Below are positions 27,101 through 40,850 of a stretch of DNA of 64,000 nucleotides, piece by piece. Positions within the stretch are counted from its first letter, which is position 1, and each line of letters begins with the position of its first letter. The notes below the pieces were generated by a model. That model was given only the letters and a program-made list of their open reading frames with translations. It ran no database searches and was not told the origin of the DNA. Source of the DNA: Camelus dromedarius (Eukaryota); contig NC_087436.1 of assembly GCF_036321535.1 (NCBI RefSeq), positions 67,582,001-67,646,000 on the forward strand, in the 5' to 3' direction. The translations under genes and the position numbers were made by a program.

Positions 27101-29259
27101 TCTTTTGCTCCAGTTACCTCGCTCTGCTCCAATAAAATCCTAGCAACTCTACCTGTTAGAGTGGCTTTAATGAATGATTGTTTGCATTACTTTATCCATT
27201 CTGCACATAATCACAATAAAAGTATTATTCATATAATTTATTTGGCTCATTAGCTAGCTATAGTTTCCCAATGTGGAGCTTTGTGGGATTAGAATGTTAA
27301 TATTTTGAATCACTATTATGCCAGTAACCTTCAATACTTAACTCTAGGGCAATTAGTTTAAGCAGAGTCTACCTTGCAGATACATGTTCCCATGTAGTGC
27401 AAAACAGTATTATTTGTAGATATATATATACTCCTGTCTAGTGAAAACAGTATTTTTCAAAATTACCTATTTAACAAGTAGTTATTGCCTGAATATTTTA
27501 GATTGTATAGAAAACAAGTATTTTCATACATCTTCTGACATATGAGGTGACTAGCTCTTTGGCTGCTAAAATATAACTCTTATTATTATGTTTTCTTTGA
27601 AATGTTTGGTCATTTTTCAAATATGCCAAGTTTAATTTCTTTCTTTTTAGATGTATTATAATGCAGTTTGAGAAATTACACTCAAGTGGTCATTGTAATA
27701 ATTTTGTGTGTGTATTTAAAAGAAAAAGTTAAAATAAAATATAAAAATAACTTTATAATGGTTAAATGCTTTTCTAAATGAATTTTGATTAATTCATTTG
27801 TTCCATTGTGACAGAATTCATACTATAAGGCAATTAAGAGGAGACTATGTCTGTATTAACATACGTTGTATCATTTCCTACCATTGCCCATTGTATGGTA
27901 TGTCCATCATGTGTACAATTAAGTATTAATAAAGTAATTCAGAGTCCTAGAAGAACTGTGTCTATTATACTACCATACTACATGTTACCAGATAATTTTG
28001 TTGGTCTTTTTAATCTGAAAGGCCCTTTTCAGGGTATGTTTCAGAATTTGTTACTCAAATCTTTGAATCTGAAACAGAACATGCAGAGAAAAGGTATCTT
28101 GTTTTCTTTAACTTTGATTTTGAATCTCTTTACCCTGGACTTATTAAGAGATATTATTTGCTATATTTTATTTCCCAAGAAATATGGGTAATTCTCAATT
28201 TTCCTTTCCCTTCTATTAGACAGTATCATAAAAATCAGTAGGAATTTCTTCCTTTCCAGCTCTTGAGGGTAGAATTTTCAAAGACATGATTATTTTTGAC
28301 AGAAAGCTGATACACATAAATGGCCAAAGAAAGCCATTTTTTTACGTTTAGTGCAAGGAAGACATTTCCCTTGTGAGAAATACCAACTATTCAATAACTT
28401 ACAGCTGAAATTTATTCTATAATTTAGCTCCTATAAGCATTTTTGCTCCCCTGAGTAACTGGTAAAATTTTCTCTCCCCCTACCTTTCTGATTTCCCTGT
28501 CTCTCTCTCCTTTTCTATATATTATAAAATATATGTTATATAAAACTTACATACATAAAATATTGTATATTTACCCATTTTATATTTAAAGTTAACAATT
28601 TGTTTCTACTGGAAAAGTGCAATGTCACTTTTAACATATGTATTCTTTTTGTGAAACATAATTTTAAAATAAAGCTACATGTATACTCGAACTGCTAGTC
28701 CATGGTTTTGTTGTACCTAAGATTCAAAAAAAGTATCAAAGTAAATTGTTCTTTCAAAAACTCAAGATAAATTTTATCACATCAAAATCAAAGGTAATAT
28801 AAGCAAACTATTGGTAACCATTTTCATTTCACTACCCTTCATTCTTCCTGTAAAATCTGGAGTCCCATTTTTCTATTTTTTTTAATCATTATGTTGATTA
28901 GAGTTCCCTCTCTCCCATAAGTGTATATAGTTGAAAGGCACTTCTTGGTAAATATTTGACTGAAAGAGCTCAATTTTCTTGAATATGTTTCAATTCTCCT
29001 AGAGTAAATAATGGTAATCTCTTTAATGAGTTTGAGATGAGTAAAAACTTGACAAACTTACTACAGAATAGCATTTAGCTACTTTATAAAAATAACTTTT
29101 ATAAAAAGTGTAGAGGGCAGGATTTAAAATAATCAAATAATATTGAAGTTTGCCATTTTTTTAAATTGGTCTTTCACTGAGTTTCATGTCTACTGTTAAC
29201 CAAGACTGAATAGAATTTTTTTGAATAGAATTAAGTAAAAAGTAAGACTTATTAAGTGA

Positions 29260-29587
29260 TATATGTAGAAGCTAAAAAAAAAAACACATATGCACTTATT
29301 TACAAAACAGAAACAGACTCATAGACATAGAAAACAAACTTATGGGTACGAGGGAGAAAGGAGGGTGGGGAAAGTTAAATGAGGAGCTTGAGATTTGCAG
29401 ATACTAACTACTATATTTGAAATAGATAAACAACAAGGTCCTGCTGTATAGCATAGGGAAGTATATTCACCTTTTAATAGCCTATAATGAAAAAATATGA
29501 AAAGGAATTTATATGATAGCTGAATCACTATGCTGTACACCAAAAACTAACAACATTGTAAATCAACTATACTTCAATTAAAAAAAT
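29260..29587 (+). mobile_element. Short L1 3' UTR insertion with TSD
   Basis: Same 3' UTR family as 23820-24130. TSD taagacttat(t/g)aagtga at 29243-29259 and 29588-29604. Confidence 0.92.
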
Positions 29588-29664
29588 TAAGACTTATGAA
29601 GTGAGAACAAAGTTAGGATTTAGATGGGGAAAGGGGAACTCTTATTTGAAAGATAAATATTAGT

Positions 29665-29910
29665 AATGGTAGTTTAACATTCCTACTGGGAACCACTCTA
29701 AGTGCTTTATATATATTAACTCATTCAGACTTCTCAATGATGTACCTTCAAATGAGCAGGTACAATTTTATGTCCATTTTATGATTCAGGTAACTGAGGC
29801 ACAAGTAGATTAACTAAATTGCTTAAAGTAACCGTTAGAAGTGGTAGAACTATGATAGGTATTTAGCTAGTTCTCCTTCATCGCCCACAAACTTACACTG
29901 AACCATACTG
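29665..29910 (-). mobile_element. MIR SINE
   Basis: 'ctctaagtgctttatatatattaactcatt...ccattttat...ggtaactgaggcac' is the MIR core on the minus strand. Confidence 0.75.
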
Positions 29911-29937
29911 TCCATGAGGAAGAAATAGGATTTAATT

Positions 29938-29972
29938 ATTTTATGAGATCAGTAAAACTGATCTCATAAAAT
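29938..29972. repeat. Perfect 16-bp inverted repeat with 3-nt loop
   Basis: attttatgagatcagt-aaa-actgatctcataaaat. Confidence 0.95.
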
Positions 29973-30699
29973 GGGAACGAGCCAGCTATGGGAAGCCAAG
30001 CACGCACTTACACTGCAAAAAGACAGAAATAAAGAGTAAAAAGTTTAAGAAGTGGAAAGTATAAGACTGGAACAAGACTGTGGATTGAGTACACATACTG
30101 ATCTATCTCCATTGCCTTCCCAATCCCATATGAGTGAAAAACAAATACATGCTACATAGAGTAAAACCCTAATAAAGCAAGAGTGTGCCCATTAGAATTT
30201 TTGATGAAATGTTGGGATACAGAGAGCATATGGAGTGCAATGATTGATGAAGTAGAGAACAACAGGCAAAACTGATACAAGCCAAGGCTGTAATAAAATG
30301 TGGTGTTTTCTACCAAATAAGTATCTGGTAGGGATTCCAAACTCAGGCCAGTCTATAAAAAGCAAGAGTGGAATATAAGGAAGGAATATAAGGAATATAA
30401 GGAAGTGCTCTTGGTTTTTAATTTAAGGAACATCAGTGGATACTCAGTCATACGCATACTCCTCATATAGAGAACACTTGTCAGTGGAGATATTTACAAT
30501 CATATCTAGAATGAATCTATTGGCTCCATATGAAATATGTGTAATGTGCCAGTGAGTTACTAACATCTGGATGTCAGGGTTAGCACACCAAATTAGAAAC
30601 CCTCCGATTTCTCTCATATATAGTAAGTAGTTTGGTTTGTCTGCCAACATTTTGACCACTAATTCTAAAATGAAAAGTGTCAGTAGACATGCTTATATA

Positions 30700-31299
30700 T
30701 TTAAAGCTCATAATTAGTTCAAGAAAACACACAGAAAAAGAAATCCTTAGAGAAACTAAACTGTTCAAATATTAATAAAAAATAAAAACCCAGTGATCAA
30801 CTTATACTTAGGGAAAAAACTGCACCAAGAGGGAAGCATCACACTAAAAATAGACAAATCACACTAGAGGAAAGAGATAATTCAAGGAACACAAGGGCTT
30901 TTCAAAATAAGCTAACAACTTTGGAGAGTATAAGAAATATTATTCAATAAATCAGCTTAGGATTTTATAGGAAAACTGAATTGAGAGAACTAGAAAAACA
31001 CTTCTAAAATTATAAATGCATGAAAAAATAAAGAAGATTTTAAACGAAAATAGGATAATTTGTAGATGACTGAATAAAATGTCAAAATAAGAGACCAAAA
31101 TAGGATATAGGAATATTTGTAGATAAAATAGGAACATTTGTAGATGATTGAGTAAAATGTCAAAATAAGAGACCAAATTTAACCAGCATAAATATCTAAA
31201 GGTATGTTTAATATCAGAAAAAAGAAAAGTGAAGTGGGTAGAAAATTAATAATTATTGGGAAAAAAATCACAGAGTTAAAGGGCAGGAATATGCAAATC
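30700..31299 (+). mobile_element. Possible ancient L1 ORF1/HAL1-like remnant
   Basis: Very A-rich; 'agaaaaaagaaaagtgaagtgggtagaaaattaat...aaaatcacagagttaaagggcaggaatatgcaaatc' resembles decayed ORF1 coding sequence. Weak. Confidence 0.35.
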
Positions 31300-31316
31300 A
31301 AAAAAATTCACAGTAA

Positions 31317-32031
31317 AACGCTGATACACGGTTGGTGGGAATGTAAATTACTACAGCCATTATGGAAAATAGTATGGAGGATCCTCAAGAACTACCATAT
31401 GATCCTGCATTTCCACTCCTGGGTATTTATCCAAAGAAAATGAAATCACTAATTTGAAAAGATACAAACACCCCAGTGTTCATAGCAGATTATTTACAAT
31501 TTCCAAGATATGGAAGCTATCTATGTGTCCATCAACAAATAAATGGATAAAGAAAATGTAATATGTGTATATGTGTGTGTCTATGTAAACATACCACAAT
31601 GGAATGTTACTCAGCCATAAAAAAGAATGAAATTTTGCCATTTGTGACAACATGGGTGGACCTAAAGGGAATAAGGTGTAGTGAAATAAGTCAGAAAAAG
31701 AGAATATACTGTGTTTTCACTTGTATGTGGAATCTAAAGAATAAAGCAAATGAATGAATATAACAAAAAAGAAACAGATACAGAGGTACAGAGGACAAGC
31801 TAGTAGTTACCAGAGGGGGGGCAAAATAGGTGAAGGGAATAAAGAGGTACAGACTACAATGTACAAAATAAATAAGTCACAAGGATGTAATCTACAGCAC
31901 AGGATATATAGTCAATAATTTATAATGGCTTTATATAAAATATACTCTATAAAAATACTGAATCAGTATATTGTACACCTGAAACTAATATAATATTGTA
32001 TTATAATACTGTAAGTCAGCTATACTTGAAT
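31317..32031 (+). mobile_element. L1 3' end (L1MA-like) with TSD
   Basis: ORF2 C-terminus (HGWWECKLLQPLWKIVWR; MECYSAIKKNEILPFVTTW) plus 3' UTR. TSD aaaaaaatt(c/t)acagtaa at 31300-31316 and 32032-32048. Confidence 0.92.
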
Positions 32032-33589
32032 AAAAAAATTTACAGTAATGGCTAGTTTTTAATTTTCTCCCTTTTTGTAATATTGACCCAGTTCATTTAT
32101 TTCCTATAATAAAAACTATACTGATACATTTGTAGAAAGTCCTTCATGAAGTGTGACCAGAAGAGTGGACCAGACACTTTAAATGTCAAGAATCATAATA
32201 TCTATTGTAATTTCTCTTTGAACTAAAATGGTACTATATTAAATATCTACAGTAAGTGTTAAAGTTTGGCTTTATATCTGTGTGGTGTTATTTAATAAAT
32301 CTTTTTCTAAATCATATACTTAGCATATTGAATTTTTCATTGTTTATGCTTGAAGCTAATTAAAGTGTACCTTTCAGAGAAACTGGCAGGTTCTGGAATT
32401 TTTAAAGTTTTGAAAAAATTGTATGTTTCTGAGAAATATTAAAATAATTGACTTAGTCAACAAGGTAGATGGTAGGTATGCAAGGGCAGACATGGATACA
32501 AGAAAGTTTCCATGTTAAGAGCAAAAATCTGCCCTCATCATATAACATCAATACATTTTTATTTGTAATGCACAATACATTTCCTGACCTTCACCAGATA
32601 CCTTGATTTGTTATAAACATTCTGTCTTAACGAAGCCTACTGATGTCATAGGCCACCTAAGAACACCAAAGACATATATTTTAGTATTAATTTATGTTAA
32701 TTTCACTTGTGATAAAGCATGATGAGACAGTTTGGGGCAAATGGGCTCTATAATAAAATCAAATTTAGAGAAAGGTAGCTCGGTACTACTGTTGCACTAT
32801 TCTGATATATGATACCTATTTTTTATTGTATTGTTAATCTTAGTCTTACGATATTTTTATGTCTAAATACAGTGTATCCAGGGCATATATTTCAGCCCAA
32901 AAGAGAAACTTTTAATTCAGTAAGAAATATCTTAAAACACCTGATATATTTTACAAGTGAGTTCTTGTAGAAAATAAGATTTCATTAGTTAGGAAGAAAA
33001 ATTGGCAGAATGGTACCACTCTAAGACCATTTTGGCAGTAGCTGCATCAGTAATGCATTCATTATTTGTTTTACAGGAAGTGCTATAAAAATATAGAAGT
33101 AAAAGGCAGAGTCATTCATTATCTTGCCCTTTAGCAAGGTGGACTAAGTATCTTTCAACATATTTCAATCCTTTGGCATTTTTTAGTTAATTTATTCACC
33201 TAGCACAATTCAGTTCAAAAGCAACATCTGCTTTCTTGTTTGCTTTTTACTATATTGAGAGGTGAAGTGAAATAATTATTATAATGTTATCTACTCATAG
33301 TTTCTGTATAGCATATGAGATATAAAATTTACCTAAAACTTGTATAGCTAAAATTAAGAGAAAAGGTACAGAAGTGTATAGATATACAATCTATGCATAT
33401 ATTCATTGACTAAAACAAAAGATTATTCAGTAGCCAATCCAGGAATAAGATTTCTGCAATCTTTAGTTGTGAAAAGGAAGAAACTAGGGATAGAAAATTG
33501 ATTTAGCATTCTGAGCTCTTTGATGCTGAAATGTAATAAGAAAATTGAACATATCTAGAATATGCATATAAAAGAGATACTTCTGAAGA

Positions 33590-33835
33590 CATTCATTTAT
33601 TCATGACAAATATGGAAAGAATATATGCTTGATTCTGGGCAATGTTCTAGGAAAAACAGACAAAAATACTGCTATGGAACTTATCTTCTAATTGAGGGTA
33701 ACAGATTATGTAGTTGATCAGAAGATGATAAATGTTTGAGGAAAAAGGAAGAAAAGAAGGGGAGTAGGGAGCACAGGTTAAAGCTGATATGTGGGAAGAC
33801 TGAAAAATTGTGGATGTTATTTGAGAAAGACTTTA
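33590..33835 (-). mobile_element. L2 fragment
   Basis: 'attcatttattca...aaaacagacaaaaatactgctatggaacttatcttcta' is typical antisense L2. Confidence 0.5.
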
Positions 33836-33863
33836 AAAAGATCTTTAATAATTCTATCAAAGG

Positions 33864-34398
33864 CATTTATTTTATGGCTGAGAAGTATTCCATTATATAA
33901 ACATACCATAGCTTCTTTATCCAGACATCTGTCAGTGGACACTTAGGTTATTTCCGTGTCTTGGCTACTGTAAATAGTGCTGCTGTGAACATGGATGGAC
34001 CTGGAGATGGTCATTCTAAGTGAAGTAAGCCAGAAAAAGAAAGAAAAATACCGTATGATATCACTCATATCTAGAATCTAACAAAAAAAGACAGAAATGA
34101 ACTTATTTACAAGACACAGACTCACAGACATAGAAGACAAACTTATGGTTACCAGGGGGGAAGGGAGGGGTGATAAACTGGAAGTTCAAGATTTGCAGAT
34201 ATTAACTACTATATATGAAATAGATAAACAACAAGGTCCTACTGTATAGCACAAGGAACTATAGTAATATCTTGTAGTAACCTATAATGAAAAAGAATAT
34301 GGAAAGGAATATGTTTATGTATATGTATGACTGAAACATTATGCTGTACACCAGAAATTGATACAACATTGTAAACTGACTATACTTCAGTTTTAAAA
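33864..34398 (+). mobile_element. 5'-inverted short L1 (twin-priming structure) with TSD
   Basis: Antisense L1 at 33864-33992 is joined through AACAT to a sense 3' end at 33988-34398. TSD core aattcta(t/c)caaagg at 33850-33863 and 34399-34412. Confidence 0.93.
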
Positions 34399-34514
34399 AA
34401 TTCTACCAAAGGAATCTGACATAAATACTCTTGTGCCAACTATCCTCAAGCCTGCCTTTTTTATCCCCTTTGGATATTTCCAAAAATGTCATTCTCTTGG
34501 TATTCTCTTTGGAT

Positions 34515-34835
34515 TTCTGTCTTCCTTCCACTCTTGGCTCAAATGTCACCTTCTCAGAGTGGGTTTCTCATATTTGAAATTATTTTCCACTCCTTTAACT
34601 CCACCCTCCCCATACCTTTTCTTGACTTTATTTTTCTGCATTTCTTCACCATATGAACAACTATCTATTTTACTTACTAGTTTACTTAGTTGATTGTCTG
34701 TCTCCTCCAACTAGGATATAAATTCCATGAAGGCAGGAATTTGTTTTGTTTTGTTTTCACTGCTATTGCTCTAGCCCTTGAATTGAATGTAGCCATTTAG
34801 ATTTAATAGGCACTCAACAAATCTTTATTGAATAG
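34515..34835 (+). mobile_element. L2 3' end (L2a-like)
   Basis: 'gctcaaatgtcaccttctcagag...ttgtctgtctcctccaactaggatataaattccatgaaggcagg...taggcactcaacaaatc'. Confidence 0.8.
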
Positions 34836-34859
34836 CTATTTAATTAATCAAGCTGTCAT

Positions 34860-35600
34860 CTTTGATACATCCATTCTGTTCCCTTTTTATACACAATGAT
34901 TACATCTCATTTATTTTTTCTCCTAAATATCTCTTTAATCTGCATATATCACTCTAATTCTTCTAGCATCAAGACTCCCTTATCTCTACTGCTCCATCTC
35001 CTACTCTTCTCAGGCTCCACCTGTGGCCTTTTCAAACCCATCCTCTTCACTTTAGCTGGAAGGAATGTGCTGAAGTGAGTGTCTGATAAACTCTTTTATT
35101 TTAAAACTTTCTCAACAGACTCCTCAAAAATTTAAAATGGGAGTCCCAAATCCAACAGAATATGGTTGGGCCAACATCTTTAGCCTCTTGCTTTGCCATT
35201 TGCCAATCTTCCCTGGTATCAGGGTCATACTGCTCTCTTCCAGTTGATGGAACAAATTTTTTTGCTTTTCCCTAGAATTTTACACGTAACAAGCCTACTT
35301 CTAGAATATACGCTCAAGTCTACTCCTCCCTTCATCCATTCTTTGCTGCTGGAAGAATTACTTTCTTAGGGATGCCTTTTCTTCAAACCTCTAGAACTTA
35401 GGTTTATAATATTAAACAGATCTCTAAACTTTTCTTTCATAGTCTTTAACTCAGCCTGTAAATATATATTTGAGGGGTTATTTTTTTTAAATTTGTCTCC
35501 TCCAGTAGGTTGTATGCTCTGTGAGAATGGACATCATTTCTGCTGTGTTCACCATGATGTCCCTGGAACCTTGTACACAATAGGTGCTCAAAAATAAAAT
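34860..35600 (+). mobile_element. L2 fragment, older
   Basis: Pyrimidine-rich body ending 'tttgtctcctccagtaggttgtatgctctgtgag...tgttcacc...aataggtgctcaaaaa'. Confidence 0.55.
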
Positions 35601-36557
35601 CAGAAATACAAACCAAAAAAATAAATAAGTGAAGACAAGCTATCTTGGATTCCTCCTAAATATACAGATCTATAATAAAGGGAACATTGAGAGTGGCAAA
35701 CAAGAGTGAATATTCAGTTGAGTCAGTAACTTTTGATGCTGGTTAAATGTGTTGATTCAGATAGGCTAGCCAAATAATGCTAAAATACTAAGGCCATTTA
35801 AAATAAACAAGTAATAAAGTGGGTGAAACATATAAAGTCTAAACACAAAGAATAGTTAAATCCAATTGAGGACCTGTGTATTTCTGTTATTTTTTTCCTT
35901 TTCTCATTATGTTTGACATTTTTGAAACTGAGTTTTGTTACAGTTCATTAGCCTATTGCAACGTGCTAGTATAATGATATTGCACTGAGATGCATAACAT
36001 AACATTTTAGCATGAACAATTGAAATTACAAGGTTTTACAGATAGTGTGTCGTGATTGTTTCAGCTTGGCCTGGATGCTGAATTTGCGAGCAGGTAGCTT
36101 GTTATGATGGAGTGAGATGAAATTGGTGCCCAATCATTGGAGAAAGCTGTAATGATGTATGAAATGAAAAATCCCTGCCCACTCCTTGCAAAGAGAATAC
36201 AAACCCTCCTTTGCAATCACTGCTTGCTTGCTATTTTCTCCAAAATATCTTGCAACTCCAGAGAATGGAAAGTCCATGGCAGAGCCAAAGCTTGCAGTTT
36301 ATCAGAGAAAGTGAGAAATAAGATTTGTTGGAGGAGCTGGGAAAATGAATTATATAGCCTTCTGTTGTAAGCAAGATTTTTTTTAATCATATAGATACTA
36401 CCACTTACACACATAAGCTCCAGTGTCCTTAACCCAATGTGCATGCACACACACAGAGAAAACAACCTATCAAGGAAAAATATGATTCCATTAAGTATTT
36501 TAAGTAATTTTTACCTTATCTCCCTTTGAAAGTTCTAGAAGAGTCTATGAAAAGAAG

Positions 36558-37250
36558 ATTCATTCACTCATTCAACAAGTATCTATTAAAATATATTGCA
36601 TCATTCACAGTACTGAACACTGGGGATACAAAGAAAGCAAAAGACCAGCACTTTGCTTTACTGGAATTTACATTTTAATTCAGAAAATAAGGGGAATAAA
36701 TGAGGAAAGTATATAACACATTTGCAGTAACTGCTGTAGAGAAGAATAAAGTAGAGAGGGGAATCAAAATAGTATAGTGAAGGTTTTTATTATATGTAAA
36801 TTGGTCAAGGAGAGTCACACTAAGAAGTCCTTGAGAACAGTTCTGAAAGAAGTTAAGGAATCAAGGAACCAAGCCATTCCAGAATTAGGGAAAGGGGCAT
36901 TTCAAGCACAAGGAAAACAAGAAGAACAGGCAGGAGGATGCCTAGAATATTTGAGAAAAAGCAATAGATCAATAAGGGTATTCAAATAAAATTAGAGAGA
37001 CATTGAAAGAGAAAGCATCTCACATAAAGACTTGTAGGCTATTGTAAACTCTTTGCCTTACTTATTCTGAATGAAGTAGGACACCATTGGTAAGGGGTGG
37101 GGTGGGTTGAGAGCCAACGAATGACACAGTCAGGGCTATTTGAAAGCACTATTGAAAGCATTTTGGCTGCTTTATGGAAGGATGGAGATCAGTCAAGAAT
37201 CACTGCATTAATCCAGGGGAGATGGAAAGGATACCTTGCACTGGAATGGT
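36558..37250 (-). mobile_element. L2 fragment
   Basis: Starts 'ttcattcactcattcaacaagtatctatt...ctggggataca' and continues as a purine-rich antisense L2 body. Confidence 0.7.
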
Positions 37251-37419
37251 AACAGAAGTTGAGATTAGAAAACCAAAAATGGAAGACATAAGCGTAAAGC
37301 TCCTTCAAATGTGTAACAACCACACTGAAATAGGAGGAGTAAGAGGAGGAGTGGGTGCACGGCGAGAGGAGGAGGAAAAAAAGGGCTAATCCGGATAACC
37401 CTTAAATATGGGATTTTTA

Positions 37420-38840
37420 TAATATACTCTCATTCTGATGACAAAAGAGCTTACAGTTGTGAAACTCAAGTTACTACTAGGTTTAGCATCGTATTCTCTA
37501 CAATGGTTTGAATTAGGGATCCTGAGACCACACTCTGTGAATCCTAGGAATAATGTAATAAATAAATGTATTGAAGAAAATATAGTAAGGGCCAACTCTC
37601 ATTTTTGGAGAAAAGTGTTACAAATAAAAAGGAGGTCTAAAATAAACCTTAGAGTACTGGATTAGAGTTGGATGTATCAATATAGACTCAAAAATAGATA
37701 TAGAAATAGATACATATAAACACACACACTTATTCCCTAGTTTTTGGTTTCTTTTTCTCCTCTAAAAGGACATAAAAAACAATGCTATCTCAGTTGCAAT
37801 GAACACCCCTTGTGCCTGGTGTCCATATTAAATGTCACTCTGAATTAAAAGGAACAAAGACTCTGAAGAGAAATGATTCCAGGGCTGGACAATAAAAAAG
37901 AAATGCTGAAAGACTTATGGGAACATGCTGAAGAGGCTCTTAGTGACCAAACTGATTTAAACATCAGAATAAATAATCATAGTACTGCATTATAACCCAC
38001 AGAAGAAAACATGAATCTATTAGTACACAATAATATAAATATAAAATTAGTTTATTGATGTAGGAAAAGGAAAAGGTATTGCTTTACTGTAGACTTCCAA
38101 TAAATAAAAATGGGATGCAATTAATTAATTACCATTTGGCAACCATCAGAGTTATAATTGACTCAATCAGGAATCATGAATGGGTAATAAAAATAGTTAA
38201 GTGAAAGTTTGATGAGGAACAGGATGTTTACATAGGCTCAAAATATTTCCCCATCAATTACTCACTGATTGTGAAGGGGAAAGTAGTAACTTTACCATGG
38301 AGAAAACTGAAGGCACCATCTTAAACCAGTGATCAACAATATCACCAATAACAGGAGAAATTTACATTACGTATCTCCTTCTATTATGCATTGGTAATAA
38401 GTTCACAGCGTCACTTGCATAGAATCTGTGAGTGAAATGGACAAACTGAATCTGAGGAAATATCAACAGAAATTCTACGAAGTAACTGCCCTATACTCTG
38501 AAAATCAAAACCATGAAAGACCGAAAAAAAAAAAAAAAGGACAAAGGAAGTGTTGTGGATTAAAGGAAACGCAATGCTGTATTTTCTGATTTTAAGATTT
38601 TGTTATCTTTTGGTTATATCAAAGAATGTTGCTATCCTTAGGAAATACACATTGAAGTATTTAAGATAAAAGGCATGATGTCTGTAATTTACTCTCAAAT
38701 GGTTAATGGTTCATTAAAATTAACAGAATAAATCAAATGTGGTAAATTATTTTAAATGGTTGAATCTGTTAAAAGGAGCTTATAAAAGTTCTCTGTAGTA
38801 TTCTTGCAACTTCTCTGAAGTTTAAAATTAAATAAAAAGT
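37420..38840 (+). mobile_element. Old L1 3' UTR (L1MC/L1MD-like)
   Basis: Diagnostic block 'accatttggcaaccatca...gtgaaagtttgatgaggaacaggatgtttacatagg...gtaactttaccatggagaaa', and the end 'gtattcttgcaacttctctgaagttt'. Confidence 0.75.
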
Positions 38841-39869
38841 TATGAAAACTTTATTCAAGTTTGTTATTCTTTTAAGAAGAAATAACATATTTGTAATACT
38901 TAATCTTCCAATGTAGTAACAGTCTACTTACTGCCTTTAAAAAAAATGTATTTCTTTGTCACTCAGTAAAGGTTATAGTTTTCCAGAAAGAGATTTTTGT
39001 TTTTATCTTACAAAATTATTTGCTAGTAGTTTTTAGTTGTTGATGCCTTTGTAAATGGATTTTGTCTTTATGAAAACCTGTTTGGATATTTATGTATTTT
39101 CTTGTATATCTATGCAACCAAAATCTTCTTAGTTCTAATAGTTTATCATTTAACATATATATTTGTAGATTTTATGGGTATATAATGATATTATCTAAAT
39201 ACAAAAAGCAATGCTGTCATATTTTTCTTCTCTTCCTAATACATTAGCAAAAAACATCCATAACAGTCTATCACAGGGGAGCTAGGGAAAACTCACTCTA
39301 CTGGTGATTCTAACTGTGGAAAGTCTAATACTTATGACTACATATTCACGGGTATCTATCTAGGTTTTTAAGAAATGGGAGATGTAGATAATTAAGAATT
39401 AGAATGTTGTGAATGTTTACAAAATTATTGTTATGTTCCTTAGAAGAAAAAAGCATGCTAAATATTCTAGTTTTGGTATTTATTATAGTTTGTTATAGAA
39501 TATACATACATTTTTTAACTTAAAATTTTTTCAGCACTACTTAGCTATGAAAACTTCTAAATTCATAACCATTATAAATCCTTGTTATTTTATGTAAGAT
39601 AAAGCAGTGGAGCTAATAACTATGAAATCCTCTGCTGCCTTCAATGGGCCTTACAACTAAATAAACCAGTGATTATGTAACCAGTGTTTCTGTTGAAACA
39701 GCCATGGTGGAAATGAGCCAGAGTGTAACAGCTCTTGTTCTGACAGAAGGGAACAGGCCGGAGAATCACAGTGAAAGGGCTGACATTTAATCCAGGTGTG
39801 AGACTGTGGGGGTTGGCACACCCTCCGTTTGGAAAGATAACCCTGAAGTCCAAACTGTCCCTGTGACAA

Positions 39870-40150
39870 ACGTGCTTGGAGTTTCTTGGCAAGATTTTTC
39901 TCCCTGATGAAAACATGGAAAAAGAAAACTCTTTAAACCCTTGACATCCTTCTTTACTGCTTAGGACTCCAGTTGTGAGGATGAAAGCTGCTGCAGCTAT
40001 CTTGGGTCCCTGAAGGGAAAGACAAGCCAACTTAGCACCCTGACTTTTTTGAACTACTGTATAACCACCTCCAGATTCTCAAGTGCTATAACTAAGCCAT
40101 CATGAGCCAGATATTCTCCTGCCAGAAGCAGAACACAGTCTACCTGATGT
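39870..40150 (+). mobile_element. ERVL-class LTR fragment (LTR16-like)
   Basis: 'ttcttggcaagatttttctccctgat...gctgctgcagctatcttg...taagcca...agcagaacacagtctacctgat'. Confidence 0.5.
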
Positions 40151-40659
40151 CTGCTTTTAACAGTAAAGGTGGCAGAGGCCCAGAGCAGTGAAATCACAGA
40201 AAGACAGAGTCAAATAGAGAGGGCTCCTACCCTCAAGCCACATACATCCTGAGTGGGAGAGTGCTGAGAACGTAAGAATACCCTTTGCTGGTACCAGGAA
40301 AAGATATGGGAGATGAGGTATGAGAAAACTGATAGATCTTCTTTTATTAATAAGTTTGTTTTGTCTTTTGTTTACTCAATGAATATATCATTTTGATTTT
40401 AATTTTTTTAAGTGCCTGAAGTTCAAGTCAATTGATACAAGAGACTAAATAACAATGATGTTTTTTACTAATTGCTTTAGCCACGTTGTGATTTACCTGC
40501 CACAGGAATTCGACCCATTCACAGTTATAGGGAGTTTCTGACATCTCAGCAGGAAGATACAAGAACACAGATATTTGTTGACTGCAACACTGTTGTACTA
40601 ATGCAAACTTAGATTGAGGAGAGGGAGGAGAAAGATGTTAGATTATGCTTTTAAGCAAT

Positions 40660-40850
40660 GTTTATCTAATTTAATACTTAAGCCACTTCTAATATAGACA
40701 TTACTAGTGTCTTCTTACAGATGGGAGAAATCAAGGATTAGAGAAGTGATGAATTTCTCAAGGTCACACAACAAACACACGCTGAACTTAAGGCCCAGTA
40801 TATGATTTCCACAGCATCACAGTCTGTACTCTTAACTGTCATACTACAAA
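40660..40850 (-). mobile_element. MIR SINE
   Basis: 'tttatctaatttaat...ttacagatgggagaaatcaagg...agagaagt...tcaaggtcacaca'. Confidence 0.7.
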
